Positions 1 through 8,653 of a stretch of DNA of 46,962 nucleotides are shown here, piece after piece. Origin of the DNA: an uncultured Deferribacteres bacterium (lineage in GTDB: Bacteria; Zhuqueibacterota; Zhuqueibacteria; Zhuqueibacterales; Geothermadaptataceae); the NCBI GenBank assembly GCA_964014485.1, contig CAXHAT010000040.1, positions 1 to 46,962 of the forward strand, given 5' to 3'. The notes under the pieces were generated by a model. That model was given only the letters and a program-made list of their open reading frames with translations, was not told the DNA's origin and made no database searches. Both the position numbers and the translations under genes were made by a program. How positions within the stretch are numbered: the stretch's first letter is position 1; the number at the start of each line of letters is the position of its first letter.

Positions 1-2
1 CG

Positions 3-1070
3 CTTGAATTACCCGACGGACAGAGCGTGAATCGTACTTTTGGGCGCGTAACCGGCGGCCAGGCGTCCGTTTTTCTGCCCGGCGGTCTGAACGCAGGCGG
101 GGCGTTTCTTCAGCATCGCGAATCCTTTCCCGTTGCAGGTTCAGAAGAAATGCGCACAGAAAAAAATGAATATGTGATGCAATTTCTGGCTTGGAGCGCG
201 GATCAATTTCTTTCAAAAATTGGTGCGGGCGCATTCACGCTGGACTTGTACGCCGAATACGCGCACCAACTCAAATCGGGCGGTTATTTTGATTTGGACG
301 CCGATGCGCCGCGTGCGTTTTACGGCTCCGCCAGCTTTTCCGTCGGCACGTTTGGCGGCAGTTTTGAGTACAAGCGCTACAATCAATTCGAATTTGCTTT
401 TAATGAACCGGCGGCGGCGATCCGAGAGAATTCAGAATATTTGCTCGACCGTACAGCGCATACGCTGGAAGCGGAGTCCGAGCGGGGTTACCAGTTGGAA
501 TTGTATTATGCGCCGTTTTCTGCGGGTCGATTCACGCTCAATTTAACGCGTGCGAAAAACGAGTTCGCTTTTGTTGATCCAATCATTTTTACGCAGCGCT
601 TTTTCAGCTTTGAGTACACCGGCGATCCGATGAGCGTCACCGCTTATGTTGACAGAAGCGCCAAGCCGCAATTTGGCATTTTGAAAGGCTGGACGCTCGG
701 CAGCCTTGTCAGCCGACAATTGCAATCCGGTCCGACCGTCGCCGCCGATGTTGGCTGGCAGCGTTTAAACCGCGAGTTTTTTGGTAAAATTCATAACCAG
801 TACGTGTCGTTCAAGCTGCAGAACTGGAAAAGCTTCAACGCCGCCTTTTCGATTGAGCGAACGGAAGACCCTGACCTGAATCTTGATTTCAACGTCACTG
901 AATTTTCAACGTATTTGCCGAGCTTCACGCTTGGTTGGCAGGCGACGCACCATGCCGATTTCCAGCTTTTCGTCGGCAAACGCCGCGGCGGGACATTCTG
1001 CGATCACGGGTTTTGCATCGAGGTTTTGGATTTCGAAGGCGTCGAATTGCGCGTCGAAACGCGGTGGTAG
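3..1070 (+). CDS. DUF6029-like outer-membrane beta-barrel protein (5'-partial)
   Basis: The frame is open from the window start. The sequence has alternating aromatic beta-strands. The C-terminal G-K-R-R-G-G-x-F-C-x-x-G-F-C motif and terminal Trp resemble DUF6029 C-termini. Confidence 0.65.
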   Translation, partial: LELPDGQSVNRTFGRVTGGQASVFLPGGLNAGGAFLQHRESFPVAGSEEMRTEKNEYVMQFLAWSADQFLSKIGAGAFTLDLYAEYAHQLKSGGYFDLDADAPRAFYGSASFSVGTFGGSFEYKRYNQFEFAFNEPAAAIRENSEYLLDRTAHTLEAESERGYQLELYYAPFSAGRFTLNLTRAKNEFAFVDPIIFTQRFFSFEYTGDPMSVTAYVDRSAKPQFGILKGWTLGSLVSRQLQSGPTVAADVGWQRLNREFFGKIHNQYVSFKLQNWKSFNAAFSIERTEDPDLNLDFNVTEFSTYLPSFTLGWQATHHADFQLFVGKRRGGTFCDHGFCIEVLDFEGVELRVETRW

Positions 1071-1144
1071 ACTGTACTATCTTCTAGCTCAAGGATTGTG
1101 CTGTCTCAAAACGCAAAACTTGCAGAGCCAACACACAGTATGTC

Positions 1145-1172
1145 GTAGGGGTTCAAAATTTTGAACATCTAG
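1145..1172. repeat. GTAG-type REP-like palindrome (degenerate)
   Basis: GTAGGG-GTTCAAAATTTTGAAC-ATCTAG; the 16-bp core at 1151-1166 is a perfect palindrome. Confidence 0.55.
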
Positions 1173-1330
1173 ATATGGATGCCTGCTATTCAGACGCCCT
1201 GCTTTTGGACAGTCCCCATTGACGGCAAGCCACACTCAAACGCTGAAGCGTTTGACTTCGGCGCGGGTTACTTTTTGGTCAAGCCCGCAAGCGCGGTTGG
1301 TTAGCTAAACAGAATTTTCTTTACGCAACC

Positions 1331-3040
1331 GTGAAACTATCAAGAATGACTTCGACAAATTATCGAATCTTGCTTTTTGCCTGCCTGCTTTTTTCCTGCG
1401 CCGGACAAGTTGCGCCCACCGGCGGCCCGGAAGATAAAAAGCCGCCGCAAATCATCTCAACTTCCCCGGAAAAAAAAGCTGTCAATGTGCCGCTTGATTC
1501 CGAGGTCGTTTTTCGGTTTAGCGAAAAAATAGACCGCGAAACTTTCCGGCAAGCTTTTTTCATCACCCCCAGACCGCGCGGCAGAATCCGCTTCGATGTT
1601 GGCGGCACAAAGGCTCGTCTGCGATTCAGCGAGCCGCTTCTGCAAGATCGCACTTACATTATTACGCTGGGGACGGATTTGAAAGACATGCGCCGCGTGT
1701 CCATGGCGCAGTCGTTCACGCTGGCATTTTCGACCGGCGACAGTCTCGACGAGGGCGAGATCAACGGCAAGATTTACGGAAGCAATGTGCAAGGCGTCAG
1801 CTTGTGGGCGTATATTCTGCCTGACAGCGGAGGCGCGGACGAGATCGATCCGCACAAAAAGAGCGGCGACTACATCACCCAGGCCGGGCAAAACGGCGAT
1901 TTTCAGATTCCGTTCATTTCAAGAGGGAAATACCGCGTTTTCGCCGTGCATGACCAAGGACGAAACGGCGTCTATGACCCTTCCGAAGATAGAATCGGCG
2001 TGCCGCTGCGCGACGTTGAGTTAACGCCGGGGAATCTGACGTACAACAATCTTGCTTTCCGCATGTTTCGAGAAGACACGACCGGCCCGGCGTTGGATAA
2101 TGTCGTCATGCACAACAACGCCGTCATCGAAGCGCGATTTGACGAGCCTGTCACAGCTCTTGATACGACGTGGACGGAACGTTTCACGCTCGTAAACATG
2201 GAAAACGGCGATACTCTGCGTGCGCTCGCCGCCTCTCGTTTACCACTGGATGCGAGAATTTTTCAACTCCGCGTTGCACCGCAGGCGTCGGCGAGTGATG
2301 TGACTTTCTTTAGCTCAGGCGTCACGGACACGGCAGGCAATGCGATTGACGACGCATTTGCTAATCTTGAGTTTACGACGAACGCCGCTTCGGACGCAGA
2401 ATCGCCGCAAATTTTGCGAATTGTTCCCGAAGGCAGTAGCCGAAATCACACGCTTGAGCAGGGTGTGCGGATTATTTTTAATGAATGGATGCAGCGTCCG
2501 GATTCGGTTGTTGGGCTTGCGGTTGCGGATTCTGCAAACGCGCCGGTCTCGGGAAGCCTGGCTTGGAACAACCCTTTTGAGCTTGTGTTTACGCCCGACA
2601 CGTTTTTGCAGAGCGCGTCGGAATACAGAATTTCACTGCAAAACGCCGCGCTCACTGATTTAGCGGGCAACGCCTTGTTCGACACGCTCGGTACTCGCGT
2701 CTTTTATACTTACAACGTTGACACGCTGACCTCGATTTCGGGCGCGATTATCGACAGTTCCGCCGCCGATTCAGCGCGCATTTTTCTTACGGCGCGCCAA
2801 GCTGGAGGAGAAAAGAGAACATACAAAACAATAATCGACGGGCCGAGGGAGTATCGATTTGACAAGATGCTGCCGGGCGTATTTGTGATTGATGGATTTA
2901 TTGACGGCAACGCGAACGGCAAGTATGATTTTGGGGAAATTTTTCCATTCAAACCCGCGGAGCGCTTCTTTATCTATCCAGATTCGATTAAAACGCGCTC
3001 GCGTTGGCCGAATGAGGGCAATGATATTACGATCAAATAA
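1331..3040 (+). CDS. Lipoprotein with bacterial Ig-like (Big_5/SbsA-like) domains
   Basis: Lipobox LFSC followed by AGQVAPTGGPEDKKPP. Repeated F-S/N-E ... Y-x-I/L ... D-x-x-G-N Ig motifs. Typical FCB-group family. The exact start is uncertain. Confidence 0.8.
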   Translation: MKLSRMTSTNYRILLFACLLFSCAGQVAPTGGPEDKKPPQIISTSPEKKAVNVPLDSEVVFRFSEKIDRETFRQAFFITPRPRGRIRFDVGGTKARLRFSEPLLQDRTYIITLGTDLKDMRRVSMAQSFTLAFSTGDSLDEGEINGKIYGSNVQGVSLWAYILPDSGGADEIDPHKKSGDYITQAGQNGDFQIPFISRGKYRVFAVHDQGRNGVYDPSEDRIGVPLRDVELTPGNLTYNNLAFRMFREDTTGPALDNVVMHNNAVIEARFDEPVTALDTTWTERFTLVNMENGDTLRALAASRLPLDARIFQLRVAPQASASDVTFFSSGVTDTAGNAIDDAFANLEFTTNAASDAESPQILRIVPEGSSRNHTLEQGVRIIFNEWMQRPDSVVGLAVADSANAPVSGSLAWNNPFELVFTPDTFLQSASEYRISLQNAALTDLAGNALFDTLGTRVFYTYNVDTLTSISGAIIDSSAADSARIFLTARQAGGEKRTYKTIIDGPREYRFDKMLPGVFVIDGFIDGNANGKYDFGEIFPFKPAERFFIYPDSIKTRSRWPNEGNDITIK

Positions 3041-3102
3041 CTTAAGCGCACCGGGAGTTTTGATTCGGGAAAGAGTGTTTGAGTGAAATTGGCGCTATTG
3101 AA

Positions 3103-3690
3103 TTACGCTGGTTGCAGGCCCGAACGAGCGTCGATGGCGGGGTGTAACAGCTTGTCCAGATATTCAAAAACGGTGGCGATTTGTTCTTCGATGGTGTGGT
3201 CTGAGTGTGTTAAAACTTGCAGATTGTAATAAGGCTCGCGCTCTGGTTGCTGGCCAAGGCAAATGCGCAAGTTCGAGTCGATCTTGGCGGCGACATACGT
3301 TGACGGTAGATCGAATTCGACATTCAAGTCCAGAACCATGCCAAAAGACCGCAACTCAAACTGTTTGAGGAATCTGCGCGAAGGGGTTTGGCAAACCGTG
3401 AGATCGTCTGCACCGAGGGAAAAACTATATTCTTTGGCGTGATTCGGCAACAAACTGAAATATTGCTCGCGGACGATGTAAGTAAAATGAACGCCGGCAA
3501 ATAGTTGTTCCAGAAGCACTTGCTTCTTGATCGCTGCGCTAAATGCGTCGTTGTTTTCAGGGAAAATAACCAACGCTTGTTTGATGCCTTTCAAGTACTG
3601 CGAATAGTCGAACGCCTCCGTTTTCTTGAAGCGCTGCTTTTGAAGTGAAAGGCTGCGTTGCCCGCATTGTAGGAAAAGTTTTTTGAACAT
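3103..3690 (-). CDS. Hypothetical protein, DUF6913-like or resembling the N-terminal domain of glycosyltransferase family 9
   Basis: Contains an F-x-x-V-L-D-L-N ... R-I-C ... Y-N-L pattern. Start moved to ATG 3690 because the TTG at 3756 lies inside the predicted -10 box. Confidence 0.55.
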   Translation of the reverse strand: MFKKLFLQCGQRSLSLQKQRFKKTEAFDYSQYLKGIKQALVIFPENNDAFSAAIKKQVLLEQLFAGVHFTYIVREQYFSLLPNHAKEYSFSLGADDLTVCQTPSRRFLKQFELRSFGMVLDLNVEFDLPSTYVAAKIDSNLRICLGQQPEREPYYNLQVLTHSDHTIEEQIATVFEYLDKLLHPAIDARSGLQPA

Positions 3691-3755
3691 TTTTGCCAGT
3701 TTGAACCAATATTCAGATGCGCGAACACAATAGGGCCTGCTTCCGGGAAACGGCA

Positions 3756-3784
3756 AATATAGAGAACCGTGTAAAGCATGTCAA
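3756..3784 (-). promoter_or_regulatory. Sigma70-type promoter TTGACA-N17-TATATT
   Basis: Minus-strand TTGACA at 3784-3779, 17-nt spacer, TATATT at 3761-3756. Confidence 0.7.
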
Positions 3785-3871
3785 TATGAAAGTGTTACTG
3801 TTGTTTATACGTCTCAAGGCGTTATGTGCGCGATAGCGCAAAGATAAAAGCATGTAAAATTTCGCCGAACG

Positions 3872-5734
3872 TCAGCGGTAAATATCTGCCTGGAGGCCAA
3901 ATTGATTCGATGATTTGCGCTGAGCTCTGCGCATATGATACGCGTAAGCGCTTAGTTTGACGCTTCCGCCCAACTTCAAGCCGACCTGCCCAAATATTCT
4001 TTCGCCTTCCCCGGAAAACGCCGTCGCTCGAACTGCACCCGGCAATTGGTACTCGACCTGGTAAATTCTGCCGTCAAAACTTGGGATCGAAAAATAGGAG
4101 TAACGAACGGTTCCGGAAACCGGGTTGACTCTTAGTTGAAATTCGTGCATTTGCGCAAGCCCGATTTCCGGGCGCATACGTTCTTCTTTATAGCGAGAAA
4201 TATCGATTCGGAAGCGATAACGCAGAACACGATGCAAATAAGTTTGCAGTTGCAGCCGCCATTGAAAGCTTTTTTCATTCAAGAGAACATCGCTCGGGCG
4301 CTGTTGAAGCAATGTGTCTGAGAACGTGGTATGGTCGCCAGTACCGTAGCGAAACCTGGAGAGCATGGTTGTTTTTCGAAAGACGGTTTTCTCCCATTGC
4401 AAACCGAGACGCTCGTTTGCACTAGGTTGCGGTATAAAAAACGTTCGCCACAATGATGCGCTTTTCGCGGCAAAGAGCGTAAATACGCCCATATTTTTTC
4501 GCGTCCGCAAACCAAAATAGAACGTTTGCTGATTGGAAGTCTCGCCGATGAATTCTCCCGGCAATGCGCCAAACGCATTTTGAAACCCCGGCTCGGCATA
4601 CCACCAGGCGATGGTGATTTGTGATTCCGGACGGCGTATTTTTAAGCCCGCAACAACTGCATTTTGTCTGTCGCTGTTCGCCCACTCAAAAAGCCAGCGA
4701 AACTTGCCGTCGTGAACAGATGATTGCATGAAGGCGCCGTAAATTAGGTTTTCCGTTCCGCGAAATGCAAAGCGATTTCGAGTCGTATCAGGCGAAAAAA
4801 TTGGGCGATTGTAGCGATGGCGGAAAATGTTCGCGCCGATGACGACGGCTGAAGAAGCGGAAACTGACAGCGATGCGCCAAGCGAAGTCTCTCGTAAAGC
4901 GTCTTTGGCTGCAATTTCGTTTTCCGTCCGATGATGGCCGGATTGCGGCAAACTGGAGGCGAAACCTTCAGAGGAAATTCTTGCGTCACGGGACGAGCGG
5001 GAAGCAAAGAAAAACGCGGTTACTGGGCCGCGATTTCCTTCCAAAGCGCCGCCGCGAAAAGCCAGATTTTCTTGCACTGATCTAAACGGCCGGACATTTG
5101 GCGACTCAAACCGCAGGACGCTTTCCGGAGAAGTGAGCGATGCGCCGCCAAAAGCTCCTGCTGCAACCAACCCGAGCCCTGCGCGTGTTGTAAAATCTCC
5201 AAGAGTCAGCCTGAGACCTCGTTTCGGGAACTCATGGCGTGTAAATCCGGATGAAAAATCTGCAAGCTGCGGCTCACCCGCATCTTTTTCTGTGATCAAT
5301 CCAAAAGAACTATTTCCGCGTTCAGCATCGAATCGAATCTGTTGCTGCCAGCCTTCGTCGAGGCGGCGGATTGTACGATTCCTGCCAAAGACGTTAACCG
5401 CAGCATGTACTTTTACGCTGAAAATTGCTTTGACGATTTCCATTGGAAGGCCGATACTGTCACTAATTTGGCGAAGCTTGATGTTCGGAAAATGCGTCGC
5501 GTACAACTGCATCAGCGTTTCAATTTGAGAAAGCTCGAGAAACCAGATTCTCTTGAGTTCGTCAAGAGCGACTTCGTTGATTCGAATCGGCTCTTCAACG
5601 AAAGTGCGAATGATGGCTTCAAGTTCGTCGGTCTCCAGATCTTCGTATTCTTCAAGCATGGTTTCTATGCTTTGCGCTTGCAACGACAGAGGAAAGAACA
5701 ACAGGAAAAAGTAGAGGGCGAAGCGCAAGATCAT
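3872..5734 (-). CDS. Helix-hairpin-helix (ComEA-like) domain protein with C-terminal beta-barrel
   Basis: Signal peptide, P-I-R-I-N...ELKRI HhH-like segment and the conserved EKDAGE motif of this FCB family. Its start overlaps the upstream stop (ATGA). Confidence 0.75.
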   Translation of the reverse strand: MILRFALYFFLLFFPLSLQAQSIETMLEEYEDLETDELEAIIRTFVEEPIRINEVALDELKRIWFLELSQIETLMQLYATHFPNIKLRQISDSIGLPMEIVKAIFSVKVHAAVNVFGRNRTIRRLDEGWQQQIRFDAERGNSSFGLITEKDAGEPQLADFSSGFTRHEFPKRGLRLTLGDFTTRAGLGLVAAGAFGGASLTSPESVLRFESPNVRPFRSVQENLAFRGGALEGNRGPVTAFFFASRSSRDARISSEGFASSLPQSGHHRTENEIAAKDALRETSLGASLSVSASSAVVIGANIFRHRYNRPIFSPDTTRNRFAFRGTENLIYGAFMQSSVHDGKFRWLFEWANSDRQNAVVAGLKIRRPESQITIAWWYAEPGFQNAFGALPGEFIGETSNQQTFYFGLRTRKNMGVFTLFAAKSASLWRTFFIPQPSANERLGLQWEKTVFRKTTMLSRFRYGTGDHTTFSDTLLQQRPSDVLLNEKSFQWRLQLQTYLHRVLRYRFRIDISRYKEERMRPEIGLAQMHEFQLRVNPVSGTVRYSYFSIPSFDGRIYQVEYQLPGAVRATAFSGEGERIFGQVGLKLGGSVKLSAYAYHMRRAQRKSSNQFGLQADIYR

Positions 5735-6537
5735 CGTTTGCCCCCCAGAATCGTGAATGAAAAAACATGGGATTGGCTCAAGGCAAAATGGTTTTGAAAC
5801 GCATAATCTAATGCAATTCGTGAGAAACGTAATCCAAAGCCTCCGGCAAATGAACTTGCGCCGTTCAAGCCCGTTCCTGCACGGAGAACGAGTACGCCGG
5901 CGGGCTGAAAATCGAAGGCTAACTTGTAATCCGGTTCAAAGCCTTGTTCTTGCGCGATTTCGAAATACAATTGGGCTTTGTCGAAAAGCGAAATTCGAGC
6001 GCCGGTGAGCAAACTTCTGATCGGCTTTTCGCCGCTTTGGCCAATTTCTGTCGCCGCCAGATTCTTCACCAAAAAACCGATCTCCAGTTGTTGATGGACG
6101 GGGGCGAACACGCCAAAATCGAACGCAACGTTCCCGGCCTCGCCGTAGTTTTCGACGATCAAGCGTCTGCGCTTAAATTTAAAGCCAACATGAAGTTTTG
6201 GCGAGAGCCGGAGAGCGGGCGCTGCGACGTAAAGCTTTTCATGAAAAAGCGCATTGCCGTACTGCAAATATCCTGCGCCGATGCTGTATCCTTTCCCGGC
6301 ATAATTTGCGGCCAGGGCGTAAACATCAATTTCGGTAAGACCAAAGGGATTATAGTGATTGAGCCAAAACGAGAAGTGGTCTTGCGTCGTCAATAAAGCA
6401 GGATTCAAAAATGTCGAGCCTGCGTGCTCATCGACAAGGGTTTCCTGAGAGTTCAACGCCATCGATCGTGAACCGATTGGCAAGGATTGGGAAAATGCCT
6501 GTGCGACAGAAAAGAGAGAAATGAGAAATGTGCGCAT
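5731..6537 (-). CDS. Outer-membrane beta-barrel, PorV/PorQ-like family
   Basis: Signal peptide; G-x-R-S-M-A-L ... F-L-N-P-A N-terminus; LRAG and DYAF..H..L..SH C-terminal motifs. Confidence 0.65.
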   Translation of the reverse strand: MRTFLISLFSVAQAFSQSLPIGSRSMALNSQETLVDEHAGSTFLNPALLTTQDHFSFWLNHYNPFGLTEIDVYALAANYAGKGYSIGAGYLQYGNALFHEKLYVAAPALRLSPKLHVGFKFKRRRLIVENYGEAGNVAFDFGVFAPVHQQLEIGFLVKNLAATEIGQSGEKPIRSLLTGARISLFDKAQLYFEIAQEQGFEPDYKLAFDFQPAGVLVLRAGTGLNGASSFAGGFGLRFSRIALDYAFQNHFALSQSHVFSFTILGGKR

Positions 6538-6579
6538 AACGCCCCCCTTAGCAGGTAAAATTCGAGGCTTCTAATTCAC

Positions 6580-6608
6580 TTGACAAGCCGTCCCAAGTAG
6601 GCTATATT
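6580..6608 (+). promoter_or_regulatory. Sigma70-type promoter TTGACA-N17-TATATT
   Basis: TTGACA at 6580-6585, 17-nt spacer, TATATT at 6603-6608; RBS-like GAGGA at 6641-6645. Confidence 0.75.
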
Positions 6609-6652
6609 TTGCGAAATCTGGGTACAATACCGCTCACGACGAGGAATTGAAC

Positions 6653-7537
6653 ATGCGTCCGCCAAAAGAAAAAGTGATCAAAAAGCATATCGTTTGTGTT
6701 ATTCTCTTCACATTGTTGACCTTCGTTTTGTCGAATTCGACGATTGCTGCGCCGATCAATGATATTGTCGAAGTGAGCGTCAGTCTTGAGTTGAAGCAAT
6801 TGCCGCTCGACAAGCAGGAGAAAATGAGCGATTTTCGTGAAAAGCTGCTTAAATACCTCAATGACTACTCCTGGCTTGAAGACGGCGATGAAGAAGACAT
6901 GTATCCGTTTAAGCTTCATTTTCAGGTTTTCCTGGAAGACCGTCCGTCAAATATTGAAGACCGCTACCGTTGCTCCATCGTCGCTTCCGGGCCGGACAAT
7001 CAATATATTGATACGCGCGCTACTTTCGCCTTTCAGGAAGGAGAGCCTCTCGAGCATGACGGCCAAGTCACGTCGCTCAAACAATTGTTGGATTTTTATG
7101 TGTATTTATTGATTGCCGCTGAATTTGACAAATTGGGGCACCTTGAAGGCGCTCCTTATTTTGCCAAAGCGCGGGCGGCCTTAGAACAAGGAAAATTTGT
7201 ACGATTCCCCAACGGCTGGGATCGGCGCGACGAGCTTATGGAGCAGCTTGAGGGCGCGAATTACAAAAAATACCGTGAAATGGTAGACTACTATTTTTAC
7301 GCGCTCTCAATCTGGCCTGATGAAAAAGGCAAAGCGCGCGAAAATATGGCCAAAGCCATTTTCATGCTGCGTGAAATTAAATCAGCGGATGTGAATTTGG
7401 AAGCCCCGAAACATTTTATAAACGCCCATTACCAAGAAGTTATAGAACTCTTCAAGAATGCTTCGAACCGGGAGCCTATCGAAATCCTTAAAGAGCTCGA
7501 CCCCGACCGTGAAGATATTTACGATGAATATCTGTAG
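6653..7537 (+). CDS. DUF4835 family protein (T9SS-associated PorD-like)
   Basis: Signal peptide; SLKQLLDFYVYLLIAAEFDK...EGAPYFAKA and GW-x-x-R motifs; ends in LDP...Y like DUF4835 proteins. Confidence 0.75.
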   Translation: MRPPKEKVIKKHIVCVILFTLLTFVLSNSTIAAPINDIVEVSVSLELKQLPLDKQEKMSDFREKLLKYLNDYSWLEDGDEEDMYPFKLHFQVFLEDRPSNIEDRYRCSIVASGPDNQYIDTRATFAFQEGEPLEHDGQVTSLKQLLDFYVYLLIAAEFDKLGHLEGAPYFAKARAALEQGKFVRFPNGWDRRDELMEQLEGANYKKYREMVDYYFYALSIWPDEKGKARENMAKAIFMLREIKSADVNLEAPKHFINAHYQEVIELFKNASNREPIEILKELDPDREDIYDEYL

Positions 7538-7576
7538 GATTCTTTGCACAAAACGAATCTGTGCTTGTTTTAATCC

Positions 7577-7725
7577 TGGATTATTGGAATAATGGATTGC
7601 TGGCTTGATGAGAAGTTTAAACTCTTCTGAGTAACTCTTTTTCGGAGTGCGGCGATTCATCGTTGTCAGTGACGCAAGCTATGGTCAAACGCTGAATGGT
7701 CACTCATCCAACATTCCAGTAACCC
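7577..7725. repeat. Inverted pair of 8-bp tandem repeats (TGGANTRN) between convergent genes
   Basis: TGGATTAT TGGAATAA TGGATTGC TGGCTTGA at 7577-7608, with complementary units CTCATCCA ACATTCCA GTAACCC at 7703-7725. Confidence 0.5.
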
Positions 7726-7776
7726 GGAATTGGCGCCAATTTTCTGGCGATAATTTATCTCGAAGCCATCAGGCTA

Positions 7777-8634
7777 TTACTGCCGTCCTCTCAAAAACAC
7801 AAGCCGTTTGACGATGCGTTCCCGCCCCGAGGTTAAAACATAAAAGTAAATTCCCGCAGGTGCAAAAGCGCCTTTTCCATTTCTGCCGTCCCAAGCCGCA
7901 TTGTACGCGCCGCCTGCAAGCGGAGCGTTGATGATCGACTTTATTTCTCTGCCAAGCAAATCATAAATCGTCAGCTTCGTGACGTTCTTCTCCGCGCCCG
8001 GCCCAAGATTAAATTTGAAAACCGTTCGGTCGACAAATGGGTTTGGCGCGTTGTTTTGCAAGGAAAAATCTTTAGGATTCGAAGCTTCTTCAGTGACGTT
8101 TGTCGTTGTGAGCAACTCATCCAGCTTGTCGAAGACTTCCTGCTTGTGCGTTTCGTAACGCGACGAGTAGCGCGTGCTTTGCGGCGTGATGTACTGAATG
8201 ACGCCGCTCGCATCAACAATCGCAATGCTGCTGCGGTCGATGTTATTCCAGGCATTGCCGAAAAATGCGCCTTGCATGGCCAGCGGATAAGTCACATTTC
8301 GGCCTGAGCCGCGAGCGTAGTTGTTGACCTGGCTGAATGAACCGTCCCAAACGTCAATGCCGACCACGGCCACGCCCTTGTCCTTATATGCCAGCCAAAG
8401 TTCGTTTTCCTGTTTCTGAGCCTCAGAAATGCAGGGGCCTCAGTAGCTGCCGAAAAAATTGTAGACGATAATCTGTCCGGCAAGTTCGCTCGACGAAAAC
8501 GTGCCTTGTATCACGCCTTCCTGGTATTTTGGCAGTTCTGTAAACGCTGGCGCCGTATCGCCGACCGTCTGCGCATGAGCAAACCCGACAACAAGCAGAC
8601 ACGCGAGTAACAACAAAAGTCTTACTTTTTTCAT
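7777..8634 (-). CDS. Secreted selenocysteine-containing redoxin (TlpA/AhpC-TSA-like, UxxC) with C-terminal FlgD-Ig/T9SS sorting domain, 285 aa
   Basis: ORFs 8440-8634 and 7777-8373 are in the same frame, separated only by TGA (8442-8440). Read-through gives VYNFFGSY-U-GPCISEAQKQENELWLAYKDKGVAVVGID. There is a signal peptide, a VGDTAPAFT start of domain, and an NxPNPF...IYDLLGREI...WDG...AGIYFY C-terminal domain. Confidence 0.88.
8409..8435 (-). promoter_or_regulatory. Putative bacterial SECIS hairpin
   Basis: mRNA after the UGA: GGCC-CCUG-CA-UUUCUGA-GGC-UCAGAAA-CAGG. This gives a 4+7 bp stem with a 2-nt bulge and a G-starting apical loop 17 nt from the UGA. Confidence 0.75.
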
Positions 8635-8653
8635 ATGTTGATTCCTGAATTTG

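Noticed and set aside
7777..8634. Pseudogene interpretation of the split redoxin gene
   Set aside because: There is only one interruption, a TGA at the catalytic Cys position with a SECIS-like hairpin. No frameshifts or other stops occur. Selenocysteine is the simpler explanation, pending selABCD confirmation.
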